The translations under genes were made by a program, and so were the position numbers. Below, piece after piece: positions 9,767 through 19,235 of a DNA stretch of 64,000 nucleotides. Every line of letters starts with the position of its first letter. Position 1 is the stretch's first letter. The notes beneath the pieces are model-generated. The model worked only from the letters and a program-made list of their open reading frames with translations. It was not told the origin of the DNA and did not search any database. Source of the stretch: a virus; the IMG/VR virus record IMGVR_UViG_3300047470_000343, positions 29,786-93,785 of that record. One strand, written 5' to 3'.

Positions 9767-9794
9767 AGAGTGGAAGGAGGGACCCGTTAGCGTC
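9767..9794 (-). promoter_or_regulatory. Conserved promoter-like motif
   Basis: GACGCTAAC-13nt-CACTCT. Confidence 0.75.
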
Positions 9795-9805
9795 TCGGGC
9801 GCAGG

Positions 9806-11011
9806 TCAGCCGTAGAAGTCGCTTCGGGTCAGGGACAGGACGGCAGTGCCGGCGGCCGGGTCGATCTCCTCGGCCGTGATGCGGTGCCAGATCGCGAGCT
9901 CCCCGAGCCACGGCACCTCGACCTGGACGAGGATGCGGTCCCCGAGCCCCCACGAGCCGATTGGCGCATTGGGGTGGTGACGGACCGCGATGGACGGGAT
10001 GGTGAGCTGTTCGGAGTGCTTGGCTCGCACGGTGCGGCCGTACGTGGCCAGAGACTTGGCGTTGGCCGTGCTCTTGTGGGTGACGATCTTGGCCCGGCGC
10101 ACCCGCTTGTCGTCGACGACGACGCGCGCCCGAGCGGTCTTGGCGCCGGTGCCCTTGCCGAGGACGTAGATGTTGTTGGCGAAGAAGTCGCCCTGGCCGC
10201 CCGGCGTGGCCAGCTCGATGATGTTCTCGCCCTGAGCGAAGCGCAGATCCTTACGGGTCTTGCCGAGCCGTCGTTTCCCCAAGTCGATGTGGTGAAGGAT
10301 CTTCTCCTTCGACCCGTCCCAGTAGTGGTGTTCGAGGTAGTCGGCGTGGGCCTGGCCCATGACGTCGCTGATCACCTGCCCGCAGTCCGGGCTGTCCCAC
10401 CACTGGAGCTCCCACGGGTCCTTGCCGTTCGTGTGGCCGAGCTTGTACCCGGAGTCGTGGCCGTCGATGGTGATGCCGAGCTTGCCCTGCTTGTAGCTCT
10501 GGAGATGCGACCAGACTGCCCGGTACACGTCGAAGGCGTCCCACCGGCTGGAGATCGTGTTCGCGGGCCGCGGGGGCATCTTCCGCTTCGGATGGGTGCC
10601 GTCGATGTAGCCGTCGTGGTTCTTGTCCTTGCCGTCGTACGCCCATTTCTTCGGGATGGTGGCGCCCGAGCGGATCGTCGGCCCCAGGTAGGGCATCTCG
10701 GCCGGGTACGCCGCGTAGCCCGCGCACGTCACCTTCATGGCCTGGCCCTCGTAGGCGATGTTCGTGACGATGCCGCCCCACCGGATCCGGCCCTCGAACT
10801 CGGCGAAGATGCTCGTGGCCCACTCGGCGATGACGGGCAGGCCGTCGGGCTTGGCCATCAGCCGCATGTACTCCGGGTGGATGCTGCCCTGTAGCTGCCC
10901 CGGCCCGTTCAGCTCCCGGCGGGGCGGCCCGTCCGGGTCGAAGGGCACATCCCAGTCGAGGAAGTCCTGCCCGACCGTCCGCATCGCTATGTAGCGCCAA
11001 CCGTGGCCCAT
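9806..11011 (-). CDS. Minor tail protein (baseplate hub-like)
   Basis: WRYIA...LDWDVP...ELNGPG...IRWGGIV pattern typical of actinophage minor tails; synteny. Confidence 0.8.
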   Translation of the reverse strand: MGHGWRYIAMRTVGQDFLDWDVPFDPDGPPRRELNGPGQLQGSIHPEYMRLMAKPDGLPVIAEWATSIFAEFEGRIRWGGIVTNIAYEGQAMKVTCAGYAAYPAEMPYLGPTIRSGATIPKKWAYDGKDKNHDGYIDGTHPKRKMPPRPANTISSRWDAFDVYRAVWSHLQSYKQGKLGITIDGHDSGYKLGHTNGKDPWELQWWDSPDCGQVISDVMGQAHADYLEHHYWDGSKEKILHHIDLGKRRLGKTRKDLRFAQGENIIELATPGGQGDFFANNIYVLGKGTGAKTARARVVVDDKRVRRAKIVTHKSTANAKSLATYGRTVRAKHSEQLTIPSIAVRHHPNAPIGSWGLGDRILVQVEVPWLGELAIWHRITAEEIDPAAGTAVLSLTRSDFYG

Positions 11012-11979
11012 CAGGCGCTCACCGGCTCCTGCGAGTAGGTCACCTCAAGGCCCAGGACCGTCCGCGCGTCCGCGCGCAGCACCCCCGTGAACGTGGCTGT
11101 GCCGATGCCCTCCACGGCGATGGCCATGACGGTGCCGCGGTCGGCCGGCGCGACGGCGAACTTGTGCCCGGCCTGCACGGACAGCCGCCCGGCCTGCGTG
11201 ATGCCGTACGGCATCGCTGCGCCGTGCTGCTCGCCGAGCGATACGCGGACCTGCCCGCGGGCTTCGGTGGTGTCGGGGTGGAGTACGCCCGTCACGAGGA
11301 CGTGGATGCTTGCGTGCGTCGCCCACTCCGGGACCGTGTCCGACCAGCTCGCACCCAGCGGCCAGATCTCCCAGTCGTCGGTGATGGCGCCGACGTCGTC
11401 CGGGCTCGACCAGGCGCCCGCCAGGTAGCGGCGCGAGGTCTGGGAGCGGGGGCGCACCATCTGCCGCAGGTCGGTGACCATGCCCGAGGTGATAGTGGCC
11501 GACGACACCGGGATGTCGATGCGGGCCAGCGTGATGGCGGTGGAGTCCGGGTCGATGTCGAGGATGCTCGTCGTGCCCGGCGGCACATCGGAGATCACTC
11601 GGGTGTAGACGTACGGGCCGACCTCGGGGTCCTCGGGCGCGGGCCACGTCTCCCCGCCGTACGGGTCCTCAATGCGGACGATGATCAGGTCGGAGCGGCC
11701 GCCGTCGACGCCGGTCGGCTCCAGGTCCACCTGCTCCGTCGTGGGCATCCGCGCCGCGTACGACTGGTTCCCACCCCCCGCGACAGCCCGCTTCTTCGCG
11801 ACCATCGCCCCCGGGGCGACCTGGACGGCCATGCCCGGGGCGACCAGGGCGCTCACGAGGAGGTCAGCAGGCCCGACGATGCCCTCCCCGCCGCTCGCCG
11901 CCGTCTCGGCGATCAGCCGGAGCGTCTCCTCGGATGCTGCGGTGCCTTCTACGAACCAGGGGACGCCATCCCACGTCAT
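11011..11979 (-). CDS. Minor tail protein
   Basis: WDGVPWFV...RSDLIIVRIEDP...AITLARIDIP...MVTDLR; synteny. Confidence 0.8.
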   Translation of the reverse strand: MTWDGVPWFVEGTAASEETLRLIAETAASGGEGIVGPADLLVSALVAPGMAVQVAPGAMVAKKRAVAGGGNQSYAARMPTTEQVDLEPTGVDGGRSDLIIVRIEDPYGGETWPAPEDPEVGPYVYTRVISDVPPGTTSILDIDPDSTAITLARIDIPVSSATITSGMVTDLRQMVRPRSQTSRRYLAGAWSSPDDVGAITDDWEIWPLGASWSDTVPEWATHASIHVLVTGVLHPDTTEARGQVRVSLGEQHGAAMPYGITQAGRLSVQAGHKFAVAPADRGTVMAIAVEGIGTATFTGVLRADARTVLGLEVTYSQEPVSA

Positions 11980-12010
11980 GCGCTCTCTCCTTCTGCGAGC
12001 CGGAGAGCAG

Positions 12011-12038
12011 AGAGTGGGCGGCCGGGCGGTCTACTGTC
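12011..12038 (-). promoter_or_regulatory. Conserved promoter-like motif
   Basis: GACAGTAGA-13nt-CACTCT. Confidence 0.7.
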
Positions 12039-12044
12039 GCCCGC

Positions 12045-13082
12045 TCACCACCATGTGAAGGCATCCCGCCAGGCGATGCGCACCCGCGGCCCGGCGAACG
12101 CCCTGGTCGTCGACTTCGTGTAGGACAGCGACGCCGTCCAGTAGCCGGGCGGGATGAACATGTTCCGCAGGAGCGGGGAGGCCCGGGTCAGCTTGTCCGC
12201 GACGGACTTCGAGGAGCCGTCCTTGTAGTGGGTGACGGTCCGGATCCACGGGCGGGCGTCGATCTGGACGTAGTCCCCTTCGTCGATCGTCACGTTGACC
12301 TGCACCGCCCACAGGTCCGGGCCCAGCGTGATTTTCGGGTTCTTGCACGGCCCGTGGATCTCGATGTACGGGTGCGTGATGGTCTTGCCGAGCTGCTTGA
12401 TGCCGGTCGACTTCTGCGACCCGAGCCCGACCGGCGGCATGTAGCGGCCTGGCCGCGAGGGAAGGGTGACGAACAGGTGGTCATACAGGCTCGCCTCCTT
12501 CTCCGTGTCGTCGTAAAACCGGTCGTCGATCGCGACGAAATCAGCAACGACCGGGACGTACCCCTGGTCGGCCAGTCGGGAGTGCGAGACCGCGAACTTC
12601 CGCGGCCGGCCGTACAACCGGCGCGTACGGCCCGCCGTCCGGTGGGTCAGCCACGAGACACGGCCCGCCTTCCCCCGGATCGCGTCGGCCCGCCACACCT
12701 GCCGCATCATGTCCACGCCGTCCAGGACCCGCTCGGCCGGCCCCTGATTCTTCTTGAAGAGGGCAGCCACCAGCTCGGTGTCCGACCAGTCACCGATCCG
12801 GGCCCCGCGTGACCACGGGCGCATCGGCCAGTGCCGGTCGACCAGCTTGTCCACGCCGTCGACACCTATCTCGAAGGTCACCACGGCGCTGCGCTGGTAG
12901 TCGCGGCCCATGCGGACGCCGTCCTCGCCGGGCAGGTTGGCGTCGGCGACCTCCGGGTCGGCGAAGGCGATGTCCGGCTCCGACAGGGTGTACATGCCGG
13001 ACGACATGCGGCCGAACGTCAGCGCCGCCCCGGGGTAGTTGTCGTAGTCGTAGTACCCGAGGTACCAGTCGCCGTCTTTCAC
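12045..13082 (-). CDS. Distal tail (Dit-like) protein
   Basis: Directly follows the TMP; DGVRMGRDY, RRLYGRPR, IHGPCKNP, C-terminal WRDA. Confidence 0.8.
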   Translation of the reverse strand: MKDGDWYLGYYDYDNYPGAALTFGRMSSGMYTLSEPDIAFADPEVADANLPGEDGVRMGRDYQRSAVVTFEIGVDGVDKLVDRHWPMRPWSRGARIGDWSDTELVAALFKKNQGPAERVLDGVDMMRQVWRADAIRGKAGRVSWLTHRTAGRTRRLYGRPRKFAVSHSRLADQGYVPVVADFVAIDDRFYDDTEKEASLYDHLFVTLPSRPGRYMPPVGLGSQKSTGIKQLGKTITHPYIEIHGPCKNPKITLGPDLWAVQVNVTIDEGDYVQIDARPWIRTVTHYKDGSSKSVADKLTRASPLLRNMFIPPGYWTASLSYTKSTTRAFAGPRVRIAWRDAFTWW

Positions 13083-16000
13083 GGAGTGCCTCCCAGGCGA
13101 ATGCGGCGCAGCTCGAACATCGCGTCTTCAAGCGCGGTGCCGGTGCTCTCAACGGCGCCGATGTTCATGTTGAGATCGCCGCCGACCAGCGCGCCGGCGC
13201 CCTGCGGCGTGGACGCGCGCGAGGCGACGGTGCGGGTGGATGCGGAACGAGCTGAGGCGACAGCGCCGTTGGCGTAGCCCTTGAGCGCGCCCTGACCGGG
13301 GTAGACGACCATCCCGCCGAAGATCTTGGCGACCGCGTCGAGGATGGCCGCGCTGCGCTTGCGCTTCTTAGGCGATAGGGGTACATAAGCTTCGCCCCCG
13401 GTCTCTTCTTCACTCCATAGGCGCAGGTCACCGGCCTTGCTGATCTGGGCAATGTGGTTCTCGGCGCCGTTGGCGAAGGCCTTGACGCGTGCGCCGATGG
13501 CGTTGATGCCGCCTTCGGCGTAGCGCAGGATGCCGCCGTTGGCCTGCCGCTGCACGACGGACGGCTTGCCCTTCTCGCTGTACTGCACGGTCACGTGGAC
13601 CGTCGTGCCGGTCAGGTTGTTGATCCGGTCCTGGATCCTCTGGACCTGCGCAAGCGGCGTCGCGTTCGGGGCGGTGATCCGCACCTTCTTGCCGTCCGAG
13701 CCATCCACGGTCTTGATCTTGTAGCCGAGATCTTTCAGCGCCTGCTGTGCGGTCTTCGTCGGCGCCTTGATCTCGACACTCTTGCCCTTGGGTAGCCCCG
13801 CGACCTTGTCCCGGACGGTCCGCAGATCCTCGGCGGCCCGCTTGATGATCGTCTCAACGGTGACTTTCTTCCGGTCCGGCGCAGCGATGATGTCCGCCAC
13901 GAGCGCGCCGATATTGAAGCGGGCCACGCCCGTCGGGGCGGTGATCGTGACCTTGCTGCTCTTGGGAACCTGCTTGATCTTGAAGCCCAGGTCTTCGAGC
14001 TGCTTCTGCGCGCCCTGCGTGGGCGCCTTGACCGTGATGGTGTTTCCGTTCTTGAGGCCGTCGAGCTTCGCGCGCAGCAGCGCCAGGTCGACGTTCGCCG
14101 GGTCCACACCGTCCAGAGAGATCAGCGAGGTGACGTCGTCGGGGATCAGGCCCATCTGATCCGCGAGTTCCGCGGCCTTGTCCGCCGGGATATGGAAGGC
14201 CTCCGCGAGCGCAATCGCCTTCGCACGAGTGTCCTTGGCCGCATCCCGGGTGGTGCTCATCGCCTCCGACAGAGGCATGAGGTCGTGGTCGGCGGCGTCG
14301 CGCGCACTCCCGGCGACGCTGAGCAGGCCGTCGCGCAGCTCCTGAAGCTGCGAGTTGAGCGTCTGGCCGTTCTTCGTGGACGTCTTGACCAGCTTGTCGG
14401 CGCCGATGAGCGACTCGCCCCAGCCCTCGCCGTGCTTGATGTCGCCCTTCATCGTGTCGCCGACCTGGAGCATCGTCTGGTCGAGTCTCGCCGTCGCGTC
14501 GTGGACCGACATCACGTTGCCCTGGAGCTCGTCCAGAGCCGTCTTCAGGGCATTCACCCGGTCGTCAGACGACGCGGCCTCGTCGTTGAACGTCTTGACC
14601 GCGTTCTTCAGCCGCGTGTAGGAGTCCGTCCCCGTACCGGCGCTGTTGGCCAGCGCCTCGCCCTGCTCCTTGGCGTCCCGCTTGCCCTTCTGAAGCTCGC
14701 CGTTCATCTTGCCGAGAGCGTCAGCGGCGTCCTTGTACCGCTGGCCGGTCTTGCTGTACTTCCCTATGCCTGACTTGTCGGCTGCCGCGCCGTTGTAGTC
14801 CTTGTTCGCTTCCGCCAGGGCCATGAGCTTCTTCTGGAGGTCGCCAACGCTGCCGTCCTGCTCCAGATAGGCGTTCGTCAGATCCTTCAGGGACACTTTC
14901 GCGTCCCGCATGATGTCGACCAGATGCGTCTTGCCGTCGGCCAGCGTCGCGTCCTGGAGCGTCGACACCGCCTGGGCACGCACGTTCGCGTCGATGATGC
15001 CGTTGGAGTCCGCAAGCGCCTTCGTCAGCCCCTCCACACGCTCCTGGTGGGCCTGCGCGGCTCGCGCGCTCTCCTCCTGCTTACTGACCCACCAGCCGAG
15101 AAGGACGGTGGCACCCGCGATGGCGACGCCGAACGGGCCGCCGAGCGCGCCCGTCAGGCCGCCGAGCATCCGCTTCATGCCGCCGCCTGCGGTACGCATG
15201 CCGCTCATGACGCCACTCAGCCGGCCGCCTTCCGTTGCGGCACCGCGGTAGGACGTGGCGACCCCCGCGAAGCCGGTGGTGATGCTGGTGCCGAACTTCC
15301 GCATGACGCCGGCGACGCTGCCCATGACCTTGAGCGCGAGGACCGTTCCGAGGAATGTGGCCAGCACCGTATTGGCGTGCGGGATAAGGGTCATGAGCAC
15401 GTTGAACCCGTGTATGAGACCGCTGAAAGACACCATCAGCACGCCGAGCCCGCTGCCCGCTGCGGAGAGATTCCCGAAGGCGGTCGCCAGGTTCGAGATG
15501 AGGCTGATCAGTGCGGGTCCCACACTGTGGCCCAGAGCGCTGAAGAACGTGCCAAGCGCGGGGCCGAGCTCCGTACGGATCTGCCGGATCAGGTCCCTGA
15601 CCCCGCTGTCCCGCGCGGCCCGGCCGAAGCTGCGGAAGAAGTCGCCCACGAGCATGTTGAGTTCGTGGAACGTGCCCGCAGAGTCGTCGAAGAACTGTTG
15701 CATCACCTTCTGGCCGGGCTTGCTGTTCGCCCACCGGTTGAAGCGGATCATCGTGCCTTCGAGGCCGTCGAGGAGTCCGTTCCCGACGTCCATTCCGGCC
15801 CGGCCGATACCACCGAAGCCCTTGATCATGTCCCGCGCGGAACGGCCCAACTGCGCGGCCTTGTCCCCGGCGTGGTCCAAGAACTTGGCGAGAGAGCCGG
15901 TCTCGCGCCCTGCCTGAACGGAAGCCCGCATCCACTGCGTCATCCGCTCCGCGCCCGCGCCCACCCGCTCGACGAACGGCCCGGAGGCGACCAGGAAGTC

Positions 16001-18151
16001 CAGCGAAGCGTGACCGAGGTTCGCGAGCCCGTCCGTCATGTGCCCCACGACGGAACTGTTCGTGGACGCGATCTTCTTGAAGTCACGGCGGAACACACCG
16101 GACTGCATGAACTCGGCGCCCCGGTGGGCGAGCTCGCCCATCTGGGCTGCGGAGTCACCCAGCGCGCCCTTCAGCAGCGGGAACACGCTCGTCGCCAGAG
16201 GCTTGATGTCACTGGCGACCTTGGAGAAGAACCGTTCGGAGACGGCAATCTTCACCTTGGACCAGGCGCCGGAAAGCGAGGAGACGGCCGAGACAGCTTT
16301 CTTGGCCGACGGCGCGAGAGCGTCCATCGCCTGCTTCAGCTTCTCCTGCTGCGCCTTGGTCACCTTGCCGTCCGCGGCGAGCTGCTGCTGCGCGACGGCC
16401 GACTGCTTCAAGGCCTCGCCGAAGCCGCTGAACGCGACCTTCGTGCCGATGAAAGCCGAGCCGATCGCGGCGACGATGCCGGGGATCGCGCCCAGAACGC
16501 CGACGGCCGGCGCGGCGGCCGACACGAGTGCGGTGAGCCCGTACATGTACGCGCTCAGGGCCGCGGCCGCAGGCTGTAGAAGCGCGAGCAGTGAGCCGAT
16601 CAGCGCCATCCGGAAGCGGCGCCGCCCGCGCATACCCCCGCGTCCCGAGATGTCCGGGGTGACGGGCACGTTGATGGAAAAGCGGCTCGCGAGGGACTGC
16701 CCGGCGCTGATCAGGGACCGCACGCCGCGCATGAACAGGCCGCCGCGGTCGCCGTCGGCACGGACCCGGGCCCGGACGACGGACGTCGCGGCACGGGAGG
16801 CGCGGGCGACGATGCTGGACACGCCGCGCGTCAGGCTGGAGACCGCCCGGACCGCAGGCTGAACAGCGACCCGGACCGCGCTGCGGGTGTCACGGGCCGC
16901 GGTCGCGGTGATGCGGCGCAGGTCCCGGGCCAGGCCCGTGACAGCCGCACGGGCGGGCTGCGTGAGGACCCGCACCCGGGCGGCAACGGCACTGCTGTAC
17001 GGGGAGATGGCGCTGCGGATGCTGCGGCCGAACGACATGACGGAGTTGCGGGAGGAGTCCGCTGCCATCCGCACGCCGACCGTGAACTGGGTGCGGTAGC
17101 GGCTGGCCATGTCCCGCACGGACCGGGCGAAGCCGGTGGCGGAGCGGCGGGACATGTCCGCGCCGACCCGCACGCGCACAGCGAAGTCGCGCAGCGGCCC
17201 GAAGATCATGCTGTCCAGCCATCCGGAGCCGCCCAGCCGGCCGCCGAACGCGACGCGCAGCGCGTCGGCTGCCTCCTCGCCGAGTCGGCGCATCTGGCGG
17301 CCGATAGCCCGGAAATCGGTGCTCCGTACGCGCAGCCCGGCGATCCTGACCCGCAGGGACAGATCGCGGCCGTACGTCGTGAGGAAGTGGCGGGCCTCGC
17401 CGAGGAAGGTGCGTATCGCGTCGCCGGTGTCGGCGACGCCCAGCCGGATTCGGGCGCCGAGGCTGCGCACCAGGCCGGCGTTCTTGCCGAGCATGGTGAA
17501 GAACGAACGGCTGAACGCCCGCCCGGTGTCCCGGCCAGCGGTGACCGCGATACGGCCCATCTCCCGGACGAACGTGCGCAGCACGCCCCGGGTAGGGGCA
17601 AGCGCCGACCGTGTGACCACCCGTAGCTGCCGTAGCGCCACGGTGGCGATCCGGGAGAGGGAGCCGCCGAGCTGACGCTCCGAGTCTCGGTCCGGCGCGA
17701 CCCGTACCCGGACCGTGGAGGCCGCCGGGTCCCGGGCCACCCGGGTGAGCAGACCTCGCAGCGAACCGCGGAGCCTGCCCACCAGACGGCCCAGGCCGCC
17801 GCCACCGCCACCACCGCTTCGGGTGTTGCCGTCCTCGTCGTCGCCCAGGCGCACGGGCAGGTTCACCGCCGCGCCCTGCGCGGCGTTGTCGGCCACGGCG
17901 GACACCTCACGGCGAAGCCGGTTGGTGTCCTCCTCGACCTTGACCTTGACCTTCGCGTAGACGCCCTTGGACGCCTCCTCGACAGCCCGCTTCAACTGCT
18001 TGCGCAGTCCCTTGCTGTCGACCTTGACGGCGATCTTGGCGGCCACACCCTCGGCGGCCGCCTCCACCTTCGTGCGCAGCTCCCGGGCGAACCCTTCGAG
18101 GGAGGCGACAACGGTGACTTCAAGGCGTCCTGCCTGCATGCCCTCAGCCAC
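13079..18151 (-). CDS. Tape measure protein
   Basis: 1690 aa, Ala/Gly-rich helical; AGRLEVTV N-terminus, LGGPFGVAI, ETGGEAYVPL; follows the chaperone genes. Confidence 0.9.
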   Translation of the reverse strand: MAEGMQAGRLEVTVVASLEGFARELRTKVEAAAEGVAAKIAVKVDSKGLRKQLKRAVEEASKGVYAKVKVKVEEDTNRLRREVSAVADNAAQGAAVNLPVRLGDDEDGNTRSGGGGGGGLGRLVGRLRGSLRGLLTRVARDPAASTVRVRVAPDRDSERQLGGSLSRIATVALRQLRVVTRSALAPTRGVLRTFVREMGRIAVTAGRDTGRAFSRSFFTMLGKNAGLVRSLGARIRLGVADTGDAIRTFLGEARHFLTTYGRDLSLRVRIAGLRVRSTDFRAIGRQMRRLGEEAADALRVAFGGRLGGSGWLDSMIFGPLRDFAVRVRVGADMSRRSATGFARSVRDMASRYRTQFTVGVRMAADSSRNSVMSFGRSIRSAISPYSSAVAARVRVLTQPARAAVTGLARDLRRITATAARDTRSAVRVAVQPAVRAVSSLTRGVSSIVARASRAATSVVRARVRADGDRGGLFMRGVRSLISAGQSLASRFSINVPVTPDISGRGGMRGRRRFRMALIGSLLALLQPAAAALSAYMYGLTALVSAAAPAVGVLGAIPGIVAAIGSAFIGTKVAFSGFGEALKQSAVAQQQLAADGKVTKAQQEKLKQAMDALAPSAKKAVSAVSSLSGAWSKVKIAVSERFFSKVASDIKPLATSVFPLLKGALGDSAAQMGELAHRGAEFMQSGVFRRDFKKIASTNSSVVGHMTDGLANLGHASLDFLVASGPFVERVGAGAERMTQWMRASVQAGRETGSLAKFLDHAGDKAAQLGRSARDMIKGFGGIGRAGMDVGNGLLDGLEGTMIRFNRWANSKPGQKVMQQFFDDSAGTFHELNMLVGDFFRSFGRAARDSGVRDLIRQIRTELGPALGTFFSALGHSVGPALISLISNLATAFGNLSAAGSGLGVLMVSFSGLIHGFNVLMTLIPHANTVLATFLGTVLALKVMGSVAGVMRKFGTSITTGFAGVATSYRGAATEGGRLSGVMSGMRTAGGGMKRMLGGLTGALGGPFGVAIAGATVLLGWWVSKQEESARAAQAHQERVEGLTKALADSNGIIDANVRAQAVSTLQDATLADGKTHLVDIMRDAKVSLKDLTNAYLEQDGSVGDLQKKLMALAEANKDYNGAAADKSGIGKYSKTGQRYKDAADALGKMNGELQKGKRDAKEQGEALANSAGTGTDSYTRLKNAVKTFNDEAASSDDRVNALKTALDELQGNVMSVHDATARLDQTMLQVGDTMKGDIKHGEGWGESLIGADKLVKTSTKNGQTLNSQLQELRDGLLSVAGSARDAADHDLMPLSEAMSTTRDAAKDTRAKAIALAEAFHIPADKAAELADQMGLIPDDVTSLISLDGVDPANVDLALLRAKLDGLKNGNTITVKAPTQGAQKQLEDLGFKIKQVPKSSKVTITAPTGVARFNIGALVADIIAAPDRKKVTVETIIKRAAEDLRTVRDKVAGLPKGKSVEIKAPTKTAQQALKDLGYKIKTVDGSDGKKVRITAPNATPLAQVQRIQDRINNLTGTTVHVTVQYSEKGKPSVVQRQANGGILRYAEGGINAIGARVKAFANGAENHIAQISKAGDLRLWSEEETGGEAYVPLSPKKRKRSAAILDAVAKIFGGMVVYPGQGALKGYANGAVASARSASTRTVASRASTPQGAGALVGGDLNMNIGAVESTGTALEDAMFELRRIRLGGTP

Positions 18152-18566
18152 TGACCTGCACCATTCCTCTCCGGGCAGCGGCCGCCAACATCTTGCGGTG
18201 GCCGGTCATACGGGGCTGCCGCGGGCTGTTCCCCTGGGGAACAGCGGCGGCGTCATCAAGGGCCGGCGGCCGGTGGACCGACACGGGCTCCTTGCGGCGC
18301 CTCTCCGCGGCGAGAATCGACACTTCCTCGATCACCTGCGCCAGGAGTTCCTTGGTCACCGTCCAGCCACCAACGGGGGTGGACATGACGCAGGAGTCCT
18401 CCGGCAGTCCGTCGAGGAGTGACGTCAGTCGCCGGAGTCCGATGAATCCGGGCTGTCCTGGTCGGAGCCAGACTCGTCGGGCGTCGATGCGGTGGTAGCG
18501 GGAGAGGTCGGACTCGACGTCTGCGAATCGCTCGCGGAGGAGCCGCCCAGTCCGAAGAGCTTTCCC
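18144..18566 (-). CDS. Tail assembly chaperone frameshift extension (gpT-like part of a G-T fusion)
   Basis: The -1 frame from GGGAAAG is open to 18144: ALRTGRLLRERFADVESDLSRYHRID...LLDGLPEDS...GGWTVTKELLAQ. Confidence 0.85.
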   Translation of the reverse strand, partial: GKALRTGRLLRERFADVESDLSRYHRIDARRVWLRPGQPGFIGLRRLTSLLDGLPEDSCVMSTPVGGWTVTKELLAQVIEEVSILAAERRRKEPVSVHRPPALDDAAAVPQGNSPRQPRMTGHRKMLAAAARRGMVQVSG

Positions 18567-18979
18567 AGTTCCACCCCGTAGACCATGGCGAGGGCCTTGG
18601 TCAGGCGTACGTACTCGGGGACCGACGGCTTGTGCGCCTTGAAGTCCTCGAACGCGTCCTCGCCCAGGAGCGCCTTGTAGATCTCCTTCACCGCGGCGAT
18701 GAGCTGGCCGGGAAGGTTGCCGTGCCGGAACACGAGATCGACGATGGCGCCGGTGCCGATGTCGCCCGAGGAGTTCATGGCCTCGCCGAGCAGCCCCATC
18801 AGATTGAGGTCGTCATCCAGCAGCGGGTCCAGCGCATCGGCCGGGAGCTCCGCCGGGAACAGGAGATCCCAGTCGTCACGCACCTTCACGGTGATGCCGT
18901 GAGGGAACTTCACCTCACGCCGGTCGGCAGAGATGTCGATGGCGTACGTCGCGTCGGTCTTGGCCGTCTTGGCGGTCAT
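18425..18979 (-). CDS. Tail assembly chaperone (gpG-like)
   Basis: Lies between the major tail and TMP genes; contains in-frame slippery G GGA AAG near its end. Confidence 0.85.
   Translation of the reverse strand: MTAKTAKTDATYAIDISADRREVKFPHGITVKVRDDWDLLFPAELPADALDPLLDDDLNLMGLLGEAMNSSGDIGTGAIVDLVFRHGNLPGQLIAAVKEIYKALLGEDAFEDFKAHKPSVPEYVRLTKALAMVYGVELGKLFGLGGSSASDSQTSSPTSPATTASTPDESGSDQDSPDSSDSGD
18560..18566 (-). other. Programmed -1 ribosomal frameshift site GGGAAAG
   Basis: Same heptamer as the lambda G/T site, in X XXY YYZ phase (CTG GGA AAG). Confidence 0.85.
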
Positions 18980-19015
18980 GGGTCGGGTCCTCCCGGTGGG
19001 TGTCGAAGCACCGGG

Positions 19016-19043
19016 AAGGTAGGAACCCTGATCGGCTTGCGTC
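19016..19043 (-). promoter_or_regulatory. Conserved promoter-like motif
   Basis: GACGCAAGC-13nt-TACCTT. Confidence 0.7.
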
Positions 19044-19090
19044 TCGGGGTGCGCCGGACCGCCGGAATTCCGCACCTGGGCAAGATCGTT

Positions 19091-19117
19091 CCCGTGTCTC
19101 TCAGTGAGAGACACGGG
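19091..19117. repeat. 27-bp palindrome, candidate parS/operator (copy 1)
   Basis: CCCGTGTCTCTCA-G-TGAGAGACACGGG. Confidence 0.85.
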
Positions 19118-19235
19118 CCGGGAAGCGCGCGGGCCGAGCTTCCCGCCGCGAGACATGACTCTTTCGGTTACAGCCCATGGGGGTCTGCCGCCTTGATAAT
19201 CGTTCGGCTGGCAGAATGCGAGCGATCTGTTCGCC

